This document shows, piece after piece, positions 53,201-64,000 of a DNA stretch of 64,000 nt (within the stretch, counting starts at the first letter, position 1; every line of letters begins with the position of its first letter). This stretch comes from Camelus ferus (taxonomy: Eukaryota): the NCBI RefSeq assembly GCF_009834535.1, contig NC_045697.1:75084001-75148000 (forward strand), read 5' to 3'. The translations under genes were made by a program, and so were the position numbers. The notes below the pieces were generated by a model that saw nothing but the letters and a program-made list of their open reading frames with translations, did not search any database and was not told the origin of the DNA.

Positions 53201-54329
53201 GGATATTGGTCCTCTTTAAGCTGTTTATGTAAGTCATATACACATGTTCATAGATATATTTTTATATAATTTTATAATAAAATAATTATAATTTTATAAA
53301 TCTTTTGTCAAGTGTATTTTTCCTTATACTGTGACTTTTCGTGTTTTTACTTGTAGTCCAAAGATGGCTTATCTAACCGCAGAAATTGTTTAGAAAATGT
53401 TTGCCAAATTATCTTATTTGTAAATAAGTATGTCCCACTGACCTGACAGTAGAGAATTCCATAATGTGTTGTAAATCTGAAATAGGTGGTTTTATTTATC
53501 CATTTATCCATTTTTGTCATCATAAATAAAGAACTGGATATGACCGGGGGAAAAGAAAAGTTTCAAATATTTCAAACAATGTTTTCGTGCCCAACTTCTG
53601 TTGTATGATTTCTCAGAAGACATCAAGCTATGGCTCTTACAGTCTTTAAACGTGAGGTTCTTGGAGTGATATGAAAAGCAAATGATTAAGACATCCCTAC
53701 ATAGCAACATTTGTGGGATATTTAGAAGAAGTTTTAGTAAGGAATGGAGATATAGTGTATTTTAACATCATCTTTTGACTGGTTAGCAAAATTTTGGTTA
53801 AATTTTGTGCCAAGTGGTATTCGTAAGTCCAGGTCTCTTGACGACTAATTCCTACTAAGAGATCCAGCTAGTCAAAATGTTAGTGACCTGTGGTATTGTA
53901 CATTCTTACATGAGTTTCTAAATAGCTGCATATATTTAAATTGAATAGTGTGTGTGTGTGTGTGTGTGTATGTATGTGTGTGTAGAGGAAACACTGCTGA
54001 TTTATTCAGAAAAGTGCAAGTATTCTTATTTAGAACAGACATATGGGTTGAGTGGCTGCCAGTGAGATCCTGCACTAATTTCTCATTCATAAATTACAGT
54101 CGGTTTAATGGAATCACATAAATTGAATAAACTGAAGGGCTTTTTAAATTATAATTAAATCACATTTTGTGAAGATATTCACATATTCTATAAGTTTTAC
54201 AGCTCTTTAGGGGTGCAAACCTCAGGATATATGTTAATTATGCTACCTGTTCTAAAGTGGCTATTTCAAGAAGAATGAGCTGAAAATAAACTATGACTAC
54301 CAAGAAAACACATTATCTTAAAAAACTGT

Positions 54330-55351
54330 AATTGTAGTTAACTTACAATATTATATGAGTTTTAGGTGTACAGCATAGTGATTCTGAATGCCATGGCTAG
54401 AAATCCCAAAACTGTGTTAAAGAGAAATGGATAGAGTGGGCATCCTTGTCTTATTCCTGATCTTAGAGGAAAAGCTTTCAGCTTTTTACTATTGAATATG
54501 ATGTTAGCTGTGGGTTTGTCATACATGGCCTTTATTATGTTATATTATGTTCTCTTTATAGCAACTTTGTTTGGAGTTTTTATCATGAATGGATGTTGAA
54601 TTTTGTCAAATGATTTTTCTGCATTTATTGAGATGATTGTGTGATTTTTATCCTTCATTTTGTTAATGTGATGTATCACACTGACTGTCTCATGGATATT
54701 GAACTGTCCTTGATAAATCCCACTTGATCATGGTGGATGACCCTTTTTATATATTGTTGAATTTAGTTTGCTGATATTTTGTTGAGGATTTTTGCATCTG
54801 TATTCATCAGAGATAATGACCTGTATTTTACTTTTGTGTGTGATATGTTTGTCTGGTTTTGGTTTAAGGTGATCCTGGTCTCATAGAATGAAGATGGGAA
54901 TGTTGCCTCCTCTTCAATTTTTTGGAATAGTTTGAAAAGGATGGGTATTATCTCTTCTTTACATGTTTGGTAGAAATTCCCTGTGAAGCTGTCTGGTCTT
55001 GGACTTTTGTTTGTTGGGAGTTTTTGTTTGTTTGTTTGTTTTTAATTACTGATTCAGTTTCAGTACTAGTAATCTGTTCAGGTTATCTGTTTCTTCCTGA
55101 TTCTGTATTGGAAGATCGTATGTTTCTAGGAATTTATCCGTTTTTTCTGGGTCCCCTGCTAGGGGTACAGATCCTGACTGGATTGCTTCTCCTCCCTTCC
55201 TACCAGACTCCATGTGTTTCTTTACAGCCTTTGTTGTAGAAGAGCCAGTCTTCAGGTCATTCTCAGTGAGAGTTGCTCTGTATATAGTTGTAGTTTTGGT
55301 ATGTTTGTGAGGAGAGATGAGCTCAGACTACTCCTCCACTTTGATTCCACC
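54330..55351 (-). mobile_element. ~1-kb L1 made of 3' tip, mid-ORF2 piece and 5' UTR tip
   Basis: 3' tip ~54330-54384; ORF2 antisense ~54385-55146; 5' UTR ~55147-55351, similar to 27670-27820. Confidence 0.78.
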
Positions 55352-56509
55352 CTTAGAAATATTTGAGATGAGTATATTTAATCTAGAATTACACTAAAAT
55401 TCATGCCAATGTGGCTACATTTTTATAGTGATAACAATAATCATATTTTATATTACCTTAGAAAGTTTTCCATCACAAAAATCCTAGTTTTATCATGATC
55501 TATGCATAGGACTTTTCCTAATGGTTTTAGCCATTTTAGGTTATAGAAATATGTTCTGCATGTTGCTTAATGATAGATATTTTTTTTCTTTTTTCTCTCT
55601 CCATAGCAGAATTGTTTTACTGTTTTGACTTCTGCTGTATTTAACTTACTTTAGACATTTTTTGTTTATATTTTATCTATTTGTACTTTCAAATTAGATC
55701 TTACTTTAATGAAATAGAGAACACATAAAAAAGATTGATGCTTAAAAGGCAGTAAATAGGGAGAATAGGTCATACCTCAAGCCACTTCATACAGACTCTC
55801 TTAATACTCGTAAACATTGAAAAACACAAGTGTTTAGTAGTCATACTGAAGATTCAGATTCACCTAAGAGGCATATAATTTTAGACAAGATGCTTAACAT
55901 CTGTAGAGGTCTACCTAATTTGGCAGGAAGAATAAGTGGGAGAATGTATAAATATATATAGCATGATACCTAGAGCATATTAAGTTTACAGAAAAAGTTA
56001 GTTTCATTTCCTGGACTTGCTTGTCTAATGCTCTGATTTTCAAAATAAAAACACTTTTTGAATGAAATGAAATCTTATGTGAATTCCTATGTACAGAACA
56101 GATATGATCACATGTGCCTTGGTCAAAGTGTCAGTGAGAGCAGAGAACCTATTAGTTCGTTTATCACTGCCCCTTCCTATTGCAATCTCCCTGGATCGTA
56201 CATTGGACTACCATGGAGCTAAATTAATCAATTTATAGAATATTCAGTTACATTTCAAAAGAGCAGTAGAATTTTGGAGGTACTATTTACTTTTATCCAA
56301 CAGATGTTCTTTCATATCACTAGCTTGGTAATTTTGTTCAGTCATATGGCTTTTAAACTATGTGGTAACCATTTATGAATTTATGTCTTCAGTTCAGACC
56401 ATCCTCATAAATTCTGCCATATATATACATATAACTGTCTTTTCACATTTATAATTGGATTCCAATATATACCTTAAGATTATCCGAAACTTCCCTTTTT
56501 TATCTGATA

Positions 56510-57270
56510 TGTTGCAAGGGGGGTAGTTTGGATTTCCCCACAAACAGAAACTGAAACAAGAATTTATGACACAGGAACTACATTTGAGAGGTGACCACAG
56601 CAGAGAAGGAGTGAAAATATTGAGTCAGGGCAGGAGGAAGAGTCAGTGTAAGAGTGTTTGTCATCCAAGTCCCTGTTGTGCACAGTGGGGCTCGTTTCTA
56701 CTAGGATCTTCTGGGAAGCAATCACAATGCCTTCAGAAATTTTCCACCTGAAGGATGGGATGCTGAAGCATTTATATACTGGCTACTTCTCCCCATTATC
56801 AAGAGTAGCCCCAGAAGTATTCACTCCTCAACCATTTCTGCATTTACAAACTAAGTGGGCTTCTATAGTTCCAGAGAAGACCCTAGGGCAGAAACAAAAA
56901 GACACAGTATTCACTGTTGAGGAGGAAAGGTTTAATTGTATGGTATCATCAGCCACACCTGAATCAGAGGTTAGCCAAAGGGCCTTGATATGAGATATTG
57001 GAAACATTTGCTACAATTTCCACCGTGTTCTTCTCAGATCCACGTGCCCCCTGCATTAAATCCACCCTGCCACTGAGTTTTGAAGGTGGTGGCTGGATAG
57101 CCTCTCTGCACCACCAGCACTGAAGTCAAATGATAGCTAACTGACATCCACCAAATGAGTCATCCTGCCTACCTAGTTTTTGATTGCTAATTCTATGGTG
57201 GATATTCTTTGGTGGGCACTGACATTAAGACACAAATATCTACATGCTTTGTATAATTGGAGTAAGAGTA
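56510..57270 (-). mobile_element. ERVL LTR16-like LTR (~56510-57015) plus internal remnant
   Basis: TTCCCC..AA.CAGA..CTGA.ACAAG.ATTT, CAGTGGGGCTC motifs; CTCAGATCCAC.TG internal start. Confidence 0.6.
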
Positions 57271-57559
57271 AAATCTGATTGATTTGTACATCAGTCAGAG
57301 TAAGGGTACTGGAAGAAGGGTTCATGGAAGGGGTGATACTTAGAATGGACCTATTAGGTAGAGCTAGAGGAAAGATAATCTCTAGGGCATGTGTTGAGCT
57401 TGAAAAAGAATGAAAATTTTGACATTGGCAGAAAATATTTGAGGCTGAGTGAAGGGACAGATCTTAGATAAAGAAGAAGGAAATCAACTGTGACAATACG
57501 CCAGCCATAAAAATAAATGCAAGTATGAAAAATTAATTTGTCCTATTTTTCATTTTAAT

Positions 57560-59160
57560 CTTTAATATAATAGTATATTCAAATACTATATATATGTATA
57601 TGTATAACCAAATCTTTTAGTTTCTGGTCTATTTCTCCAGAAATTTTTCATGTAAATAAAATAAGCACAAATAATTATTCTTATTTCCTCTTCCTTTTAC
57701 ACAAAAAGACTGCTAGACATAGTCTCACACCTAATCTATTTTTTACTTAACAGTTTCTTGGAGAACTTTTTATATCCCTTCCTTCTCCAACTCTTGAATA
57801 TAGTCAATAATGTTTTCTTTCTTAGTGTTTACCTTTATAGTATCAAATGTGCTTATATATCTTCAACATGATTTGTCAGCTTTAGAGGATATTCTTTGAC
57901 TCCCTGAAACTCAACAAATTTACCTACAGCCTTTTCCTCCCCTATCTTTTCCAATTTTTTTTTTTAATCTTTTGGTCAATGTGTTGGCATAACACATTTA
58001 TAGTCTTTTTTGTCACACTAATCTCCTGGATCTTAGTTCTACAGTTAAATATATTTAATGCTCATCTCAGCTCTATGCCTTATTTTTGCAATTATTTCTT
58101 AGTTAGCTGAAATGCACTCTTCTAGAAAAAGTATTTTCTGCGTTCTTGAATTTTAAAAACTGTAGTATTTTTGCTTGAGCCAGCTTGGCTGGATATAAAA
58201 TCCTTGCATCATAATTATCTTACTTCTTTATTTTGTGGAGGGGTTTACTCTAATATAATCTCCATTTTTCTCCACAGCAGGATAGTTTTCCCTCTTAGCT
58301 GACCTTTTTGCTTAGTTGCCCAGCATTTTTTATTATTATGCTCTTAGTCTGTTTCCTCTGGTTCACAGTGTGCCTTTTCACTTTGTAAATTCAAGTTCTT
58401 TTCTATTTCAGTAAAGTTTTCAAATTTGAACCTTCAGGTATGTGTTTTATTCAAAGAATGAGGCAAGGTACATTCTCGGTCTTCTTTGCTTATTTTCTGT
58501 GTCTACTATATCCCCCCTAATCTTTTGTGGCTTTTTATTTGCATTTTTAAAATTCATTGTTCTCATTTCCATTCTCTGTGGCCCTTACAATGTTTTCAAT
58601 TGTGTGTTCTTCCTCAGCCTCCTTGGAATAGCATCACTATTTCTATTCTGATTATGTGTTGTTCTACTTTTTTCTTGAATTCCACCACTTACTTCCTCAT
58701 ATTTCGACTAATCCTGTTGACTTCATGTCTTTTCCTTCAGTTGTTCCAATTTTAACTTTTTTTTTAGAGGAAATTATGTCATTTTAATTTTGAGTCAGAA
58801 AATGTAATATTTTCATCTCCATAGCAACCTTTCCTGGCAAGTGTCCCTCATTTACTGGTAAATTTTGGAATATGCTGAACCTCTCTGACATTCTTCTCTG
58901 TACTTCCTGTTGCATATTTTCATCTGATCTCAATTGTTTTAGAAGCCCTTTTATGTACTTTGGAGTCTGTAGAAAATATATATGTGTGTGTAGGTATATA
59001 TATGTATACATATATACATACATGTACACTTAGTTTTGTTGGAAATGTAGTTTGCAGGTCTTCTTGTATTTTCCTGTTAATTTTTATAGATTGCACAAGA
59101 AGAAAATGCCTTACAAAGCCATGTTCTTGCTGCATGTCCCAAATTTTTTATTTCTCTCCT
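57560..59160 (-). mobile_element. Degraded L1ME/HAL1-like fragments
   Basis: CAGCTTGGCTGGATATAAAATCCTTG and long T-rich antisense L1-like sequence. Confidence 0.6.
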
Positions 59161-60929
59161 ATTGTTTCTGTATTCTGGTATGAAAATGAGGCCCTCCCAC
59201 TGAGTTCATTAGAATGGTAATTAGATCATAAATTTAAATGCAGTATCATGAAAAACTACTATTATCATGAATAGTCTATTTCATTATTTTCGTGTGGGAG
59301 ACTGCCTATGTATAGATTTTAACTACTGTTTTTTGTATTATGAACATAATACCTACGCTGAGGACTAATAGAACAATATACACATCTTAAAAGTTCAAAT
59401 GTTTAGCATATTTTTCTTAATGAAAATGATAGAAATGATTAATTGCTTATTCTGATTTACAAAGCAGTCCAGAGGACCAAAATAGCCAATTTCATTGTTT
59501 CAATAATTGTTTACACTGATGAAGCCTATGTATGAGTTCCAGTTGTTGACCATATGTGCAGTGATCTTTATAAACAAATTATTCTTCTTCACAACTACTT
59601 ACAAATATGTGTAACTTACGCAACCAAGGCCTTTTTTGTCAGAGGTGCTATCAAAACCAGTTATCCTCAGTGTTTTTGTAAAAAAAAAAAAAAAAAAAAA
59701 AATCAGATTGTGCCAGTAAGTACAGGAGAGACAAAAGCCATGAAATTTGTTGTATCATGGAACTCCTGACTTGTTTGTGCACAATAGTCATCTGCTACAT
59801 GATTGGTATACCAGTCAACCACAGAGACATTATTTTTTAATTAGCAAGCGATCCAACTACTGGAGTTGGAAAAATATTTGGTAGATCCAAGTATAAGACT
59901 GCACAAAGTTCAACAAGAAAAAGAAAGGGATTCAATGATTACATAAATGATCACTTTCTCCCTCAATTTTGCATTGTCTTGCACCTGCCTTAATGTCGAT
60001 ATTCTTCTTACACATGGACTTAGTTTAAATTTAAATGAATTAAACAAGGGGACCAAGAAATTACATACTTTTGTTTCCTTAGTCTCTCTTTATTTAGTGA
60101 GAAAATAGATACTAAAAAAGATGCTTAAAGAGGACCTTTAACGAAAAAGCAGATAGCAGATGTCATACATTTTCAAAAGCTGCATCATTTATTTCAATTG
60201 ACTTCATTTAATTAATTTAACTTTCCCAAGATAAAAACTGCTAAATATCCTGATATAAAGTGAAAAATCACATATAAGAAAGAGGTAAATTACACTAAAT
60301 GACATTGGAATGTGGTAGAGTGTGAAGTTCTCATTTAAGAAGGCTGGGAGATAAATAATGAACAAACATGGATAAATTATTGCAAAAAATGCATGTTCAT
60401 GAAGGAGGTTTTCCTGGAGAAAAAAATTTTAACTAGTCTTAAACATAGGACACATGACTATGCTAGTTTGTGGTTTTCTTAATGTACTTTACATTGTATG
60501 AAGTTGTGTATAGCATATCTGTATTCTTCAGCCATAATTATTTCATTACTGTTAAGTTTTGAGGAATGAGCTTAAAAAGGAGACCTTTTCTCCTCCTCAG
60601 GCAAACAAATACATCATAAAAAAAGAATTCGTAGCAATATTTAATCCATCATAAGCCTGTTCACATTTGGAAAAAAATGAAACGAAAACAAATACATCAT
60701 AGATAAACATCTAATTATTCCACATCTCAAAGAAGTGGAGGCAGAGCACTGGAGACAGAAAATTTTTTATTTTTATATGAAAGACATGAAGCTAGGAACC
60801 TTGCATATAGTATCTCCTTACATTAACAATGTATAAAGTGTAAAATTGTATCTGCCATGTAGCCCCAGATTTATGATCCTTCAACTTCCATGTAAAATAC
60901 ATATAAAATTATAAAGAAAAAGATATAAA

Positions 60930-61215
60930 TTTGCTAGATGAAATAAGCTAGATCAGAAAGTAAAATCCTGTAATGTCTCACTTATATGTAGAATCTCAAA
61001 AAGTTGAATTTGTAGAAGTAGAGAGTAGAATGGTGGTTACCAAGGGTGGGAAGGTGGGGGAAATTGGGAGATCATAGTCAAAGAGTACAAAGTTACAGTT
61101 ATGTAGGATGCAGAAATTCTGGAGGTCTAATGTACATCATGGTTATTATATGTAGTTAGTAATATTATATTGTATACTGGAAATTTGCTTAAAGAGTAGA
61201 TCTCAGGTGCACTTG

Positions 61216-61248
<33 letters not shown>

Positions 61249-61250
61249 TT
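60930..61250 (+). mobile_element. L1MA-like 3' fragment ending in (CA)n at ~61217-61246
   Basis: TCTCACTTATATGTAGAATCT.AAAAAGTTGAA, GAGAGTAGAATGGTGGTTACCA, AAATTTGCT.AA.AGAGTAGAT. Confidence 0.88.
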
Positions 61251-61829
61251 AATAAATACCAACATGATGAATGCCGGGACCTGGTTAACATATCCACTGT
61301 CAGGCACATTGAACCAGGATAAGAACAATGCATCCTGATCTTATGGCAGGCATATCTGGATATTTTTCTTATGCAGTAGAGTCCCATGGAAGATAGGAAG
61401 ACATTCTCTCTCTAACACAGCCTGCCCCCAGCTGATTATAAGGCCTAGGGGATCCTTCCTATTACCAGCTAGTGCTACTTTTTGAGGCCAGGATCCTGGT
61501 TCCTTCTGTCTATAATCCCTGTCTCCAGAGTCTTCTATCTTCTTTTTGCATTCATACAGAAATAGCAACTCCAAGCAAACAGCTGGACATGAAAAGAAAG
61601 GAAATGTCATGGCATTGTGTAGTGAGATAAGAAGAATATTCGTTGCCTGATTTCTGGGAATATTATCATTTTTTTCAAAAATTCAGAGAACTGCAGAACC
61701 AGGTGTGGGGAAAGGAGAAAATAATATGTCTATATGGCTGCTCTCTCTGGCAAAAAACTGAAATTAAATTGACAACTATGAATATTAGCCTGCTCTTATG
61801 TTGATCTGAGGTCTTCCTTCAACCATGGC

Positions 61830-62060
61830 AAAATTGCTACCACTTCTACAGTGCTTAGAATATGCCAGATATCCTAAACCCTTTATGTAAATTAACTTGT
61901 TTAATTTTCCTAGAAACCTTATGAGGGAGTTACAGTCATTGTATTACCCAAACTTTACAGATGGAAACTGAAGCATAGAAAAGTAAGGTTCACAGAACTA
62001 GTAAGTGATAAAATTTGGATTTGAACCCAGGCAGCCTGGATCCAGTGTCTGGATTGTTCA
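61830..62060 (-). mobile_element. MIR SINE
   Basis: TTTACAGATG.GAAACTGA.GC, GGATTTGAACCCAGGCAG.CTGG. Confidence 0.85.
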
Positions 62061-62939
62061 TCATGAAGTAATACAGAAAGAGAGTAGGACCCAGGTGGGT
62101 TCTGCACCAGACCTACCTCAGAGATTCACCACTTCAAATTTTATAAAGAAATAAAACATCATTGGAATCAATGAAAAAATGACAGAACGTGAGAAATTAA
62201 ATATCATTCTAATAAAACAAAGGAATAGCCACCTCTGAAAATTGTCTCATGTGAAATCCAGAAGACAATGTTAAGAATTTATATGAAATCATTAATGCTG
62301 TATCAGGAGAGAGAAGAAAACCTGAAATCACTAAGTGGAGATAAAAGGAGAAAAGAGAAAAAACAGTAGGATGGGGTAAAAATAATGGCAGGAGATTAGA
62401 AAGAATTTTAAGAAAATGTAGCTTGATACCAAATTTAAAATCCACGATATACATATACTGGTACTGTATGCAATTTAACCAATAATGTGTAAGATAAACT
62501 TGTGTGAGTTTGGAAAAGAGTTGAGTTGAAAATTGATACTCCTGGAGAAGATATTAGACTAAGTAGAAAAGAAGCAATAATCAACAATACATAGTAGAGA
62601 TTATTTTATGACACGGAAAAAAAATACCTGATGGATACTGAAAGAGCTCTTCATGTTCCATGGAAAATAAATTAAAATATATTTATCTTAGATTCTTAAA
62701 GGTAAAATATTTCTGCCTCTTTTGTGAGCTCAGATAGTTAAGTACTAAGGGGCATTATCAATTTCTCATCGATTTGCTGGAACTCATTGCTAAAAGCATA
62801 TGGGCCCTGAACACAGGGCCAGAATGATGGTAGTTCCTTGACAATGTTTTCATTTTGTTTTATGGTTTGGGCAGCCTATTACTTCCTTCTTCGATGTTGA
62901 TCATTTATATGTCCTAGAGAAACATAAAGGCAATCTAAA

Positions 62940-63720
62940 TTTTCAAAGTTTACAGCTTAGTTATATATTTTATTATTTTTAAAAAAACATTCTTCCATAT
63001 TTGTGGTCATGTACCCTTTCTCATTCCTAAGGTTGTTTATGCCTGTAGTTCTGTCTTTTCATCTCACAGCTATTCCAGAGGCTTGTTATGTGTCATAGAT
63101 CTTTTCAGAGAACCAGCTTTTAAGTACAATTAGCAATTCTGCTGCATTTCTGTTTTCTTTTCTTTTAGCTTCTGCTCTTTTTATTATTTCCTCATGGGTT
63201 TCTTAAGCTTGGCTTTTGTGGGGTGGAGTGCTCTTACTAATTTCTTGCATTGAATATTTAATTTGTTCTCATTCTTTCTTGATTAATACTAAGAACATTT
63301 AAGGCTACAATTTTTTTTCCTCTTGAGCTGTATCCCTTAACTTGCAGTGCAGTTACAATATCTAACTAGTCTCAATGCAGTTGCATTGAGAAATGATATA
63401 GGACTTATTTAAGAAAGTGCTGTTAAATTTCCAAATGGGTAAATACTGTGGATGTTTGTTTTTCCTTTAACTCTTCCTGTTATTTCCTAGTTTATTGTAC
63501 TGTGGATGGAGACTGTAGCTTGTACAATTTCTGTGCCTGGAAATTTTGAAAGATATGCTTTCTGGCCTAATATATAATCAATTTTTAGGTTTCTATGGGA
63601 TTTGAAGAAGGTGTGTTTTCTTTAGGAGTCAAAATATAGGAAGCAATTAAATCAATTTTATTATTGGATTATTGATTTTCCTGTGTAATGGATATCCCTG
63701 GCTATAGCTGAGCAAAATTA
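62940..63720 (-). mobile_element. Degraded L1ME-like ORF2 fragment
   Basis: TCTTTTCA.AGAACCAGCTTT, CATTTAAGGCTA.AATTT, TGGCCTAATATAT.ATCAATTTT. Confidence 0.65.
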
Positions 63721-63829
63721 GTTTCTAATTTTCTATTTTTTGATTTCTAGTATCTTTCTCAATCTTATTGAGCTGATCAAAGAAAGTATTCTAGACAAGC
63801 ACGTTAAAAACTCAAACATCAAATTTAAG

Positions 63830-63970
63830 AACTTGTGTTTCGATTTAGAATCTGTGTTGTCTTAGACAAGTCACTTAATCATCTTGTTTCCTGGTCACTA
63901 AAATGGGGTTAAAGCAGATACATGTTAGTGTAGTTATAAACACTAAACGGTATGAAATGTAGGAAATACA
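63830..63970 (+). mobile_element. MIR fragment
   Basis: CTTAGACAAGTCACTTAA.C, TAAAATGGGG.TAA. Confidence 0.6.
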
Positions 63971-64000
63971 TTTAAAATAGTTTCAACCTCGAAATAGCAG

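Noticed and set aside
55579..55610. Strong-looking plus-strand splice acceptor
   Set aside because: No donor downstream and only short, T-rich reading frames.
59614..59702. Minus-strand donor TGC|GTAAGT near a poly-T tract, as a possible upstream exon
   Set aside because: The pyrimidine tract is not directly followed by AG; the candidate acceptors are weak.
63370..63391. 10-bp-arm palindrome TCTCAATGCA-GT-TGCATTGAGA
   Set aside because: Lies inside a degraded L1 and is near chance expectation.

Overview
AT-rich, repeat-dense mammalian genomic DNA, most likely camelid (inferred from a tRNA-Ala-derived vic-1-like SINE and the young L1 3' ends). I cannot identify any host protein-coding gene. 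Every ORF in the track with recognisable homology is an L1 ORF1/ORF2 or Tigger1 transposase remnant; the rest look like noise. The window is a stack of old L1M/HAL1, L2 and MIR copies, MaLR/ERV LTRs (one complete two-LTR MLT1 element), a full-length Tigger1 and several young TSD-flanked L1s, plus one repeat-poor island (about 16.8-23.5 kb). I see no evidence of a new biological system. The most notable items are a TSD-flanked L1 with promoter and ORF1 but almost no ORF2 (splice-compatible junction), an L1 whose 3' UTR is replaced by a foreign mRNA-like tail, two more internally deleted L1s and a few weak exon candidates. Family names come from recall of consensus sequences, not a database search. 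Boundaries without TSD/TIR support are approximate.
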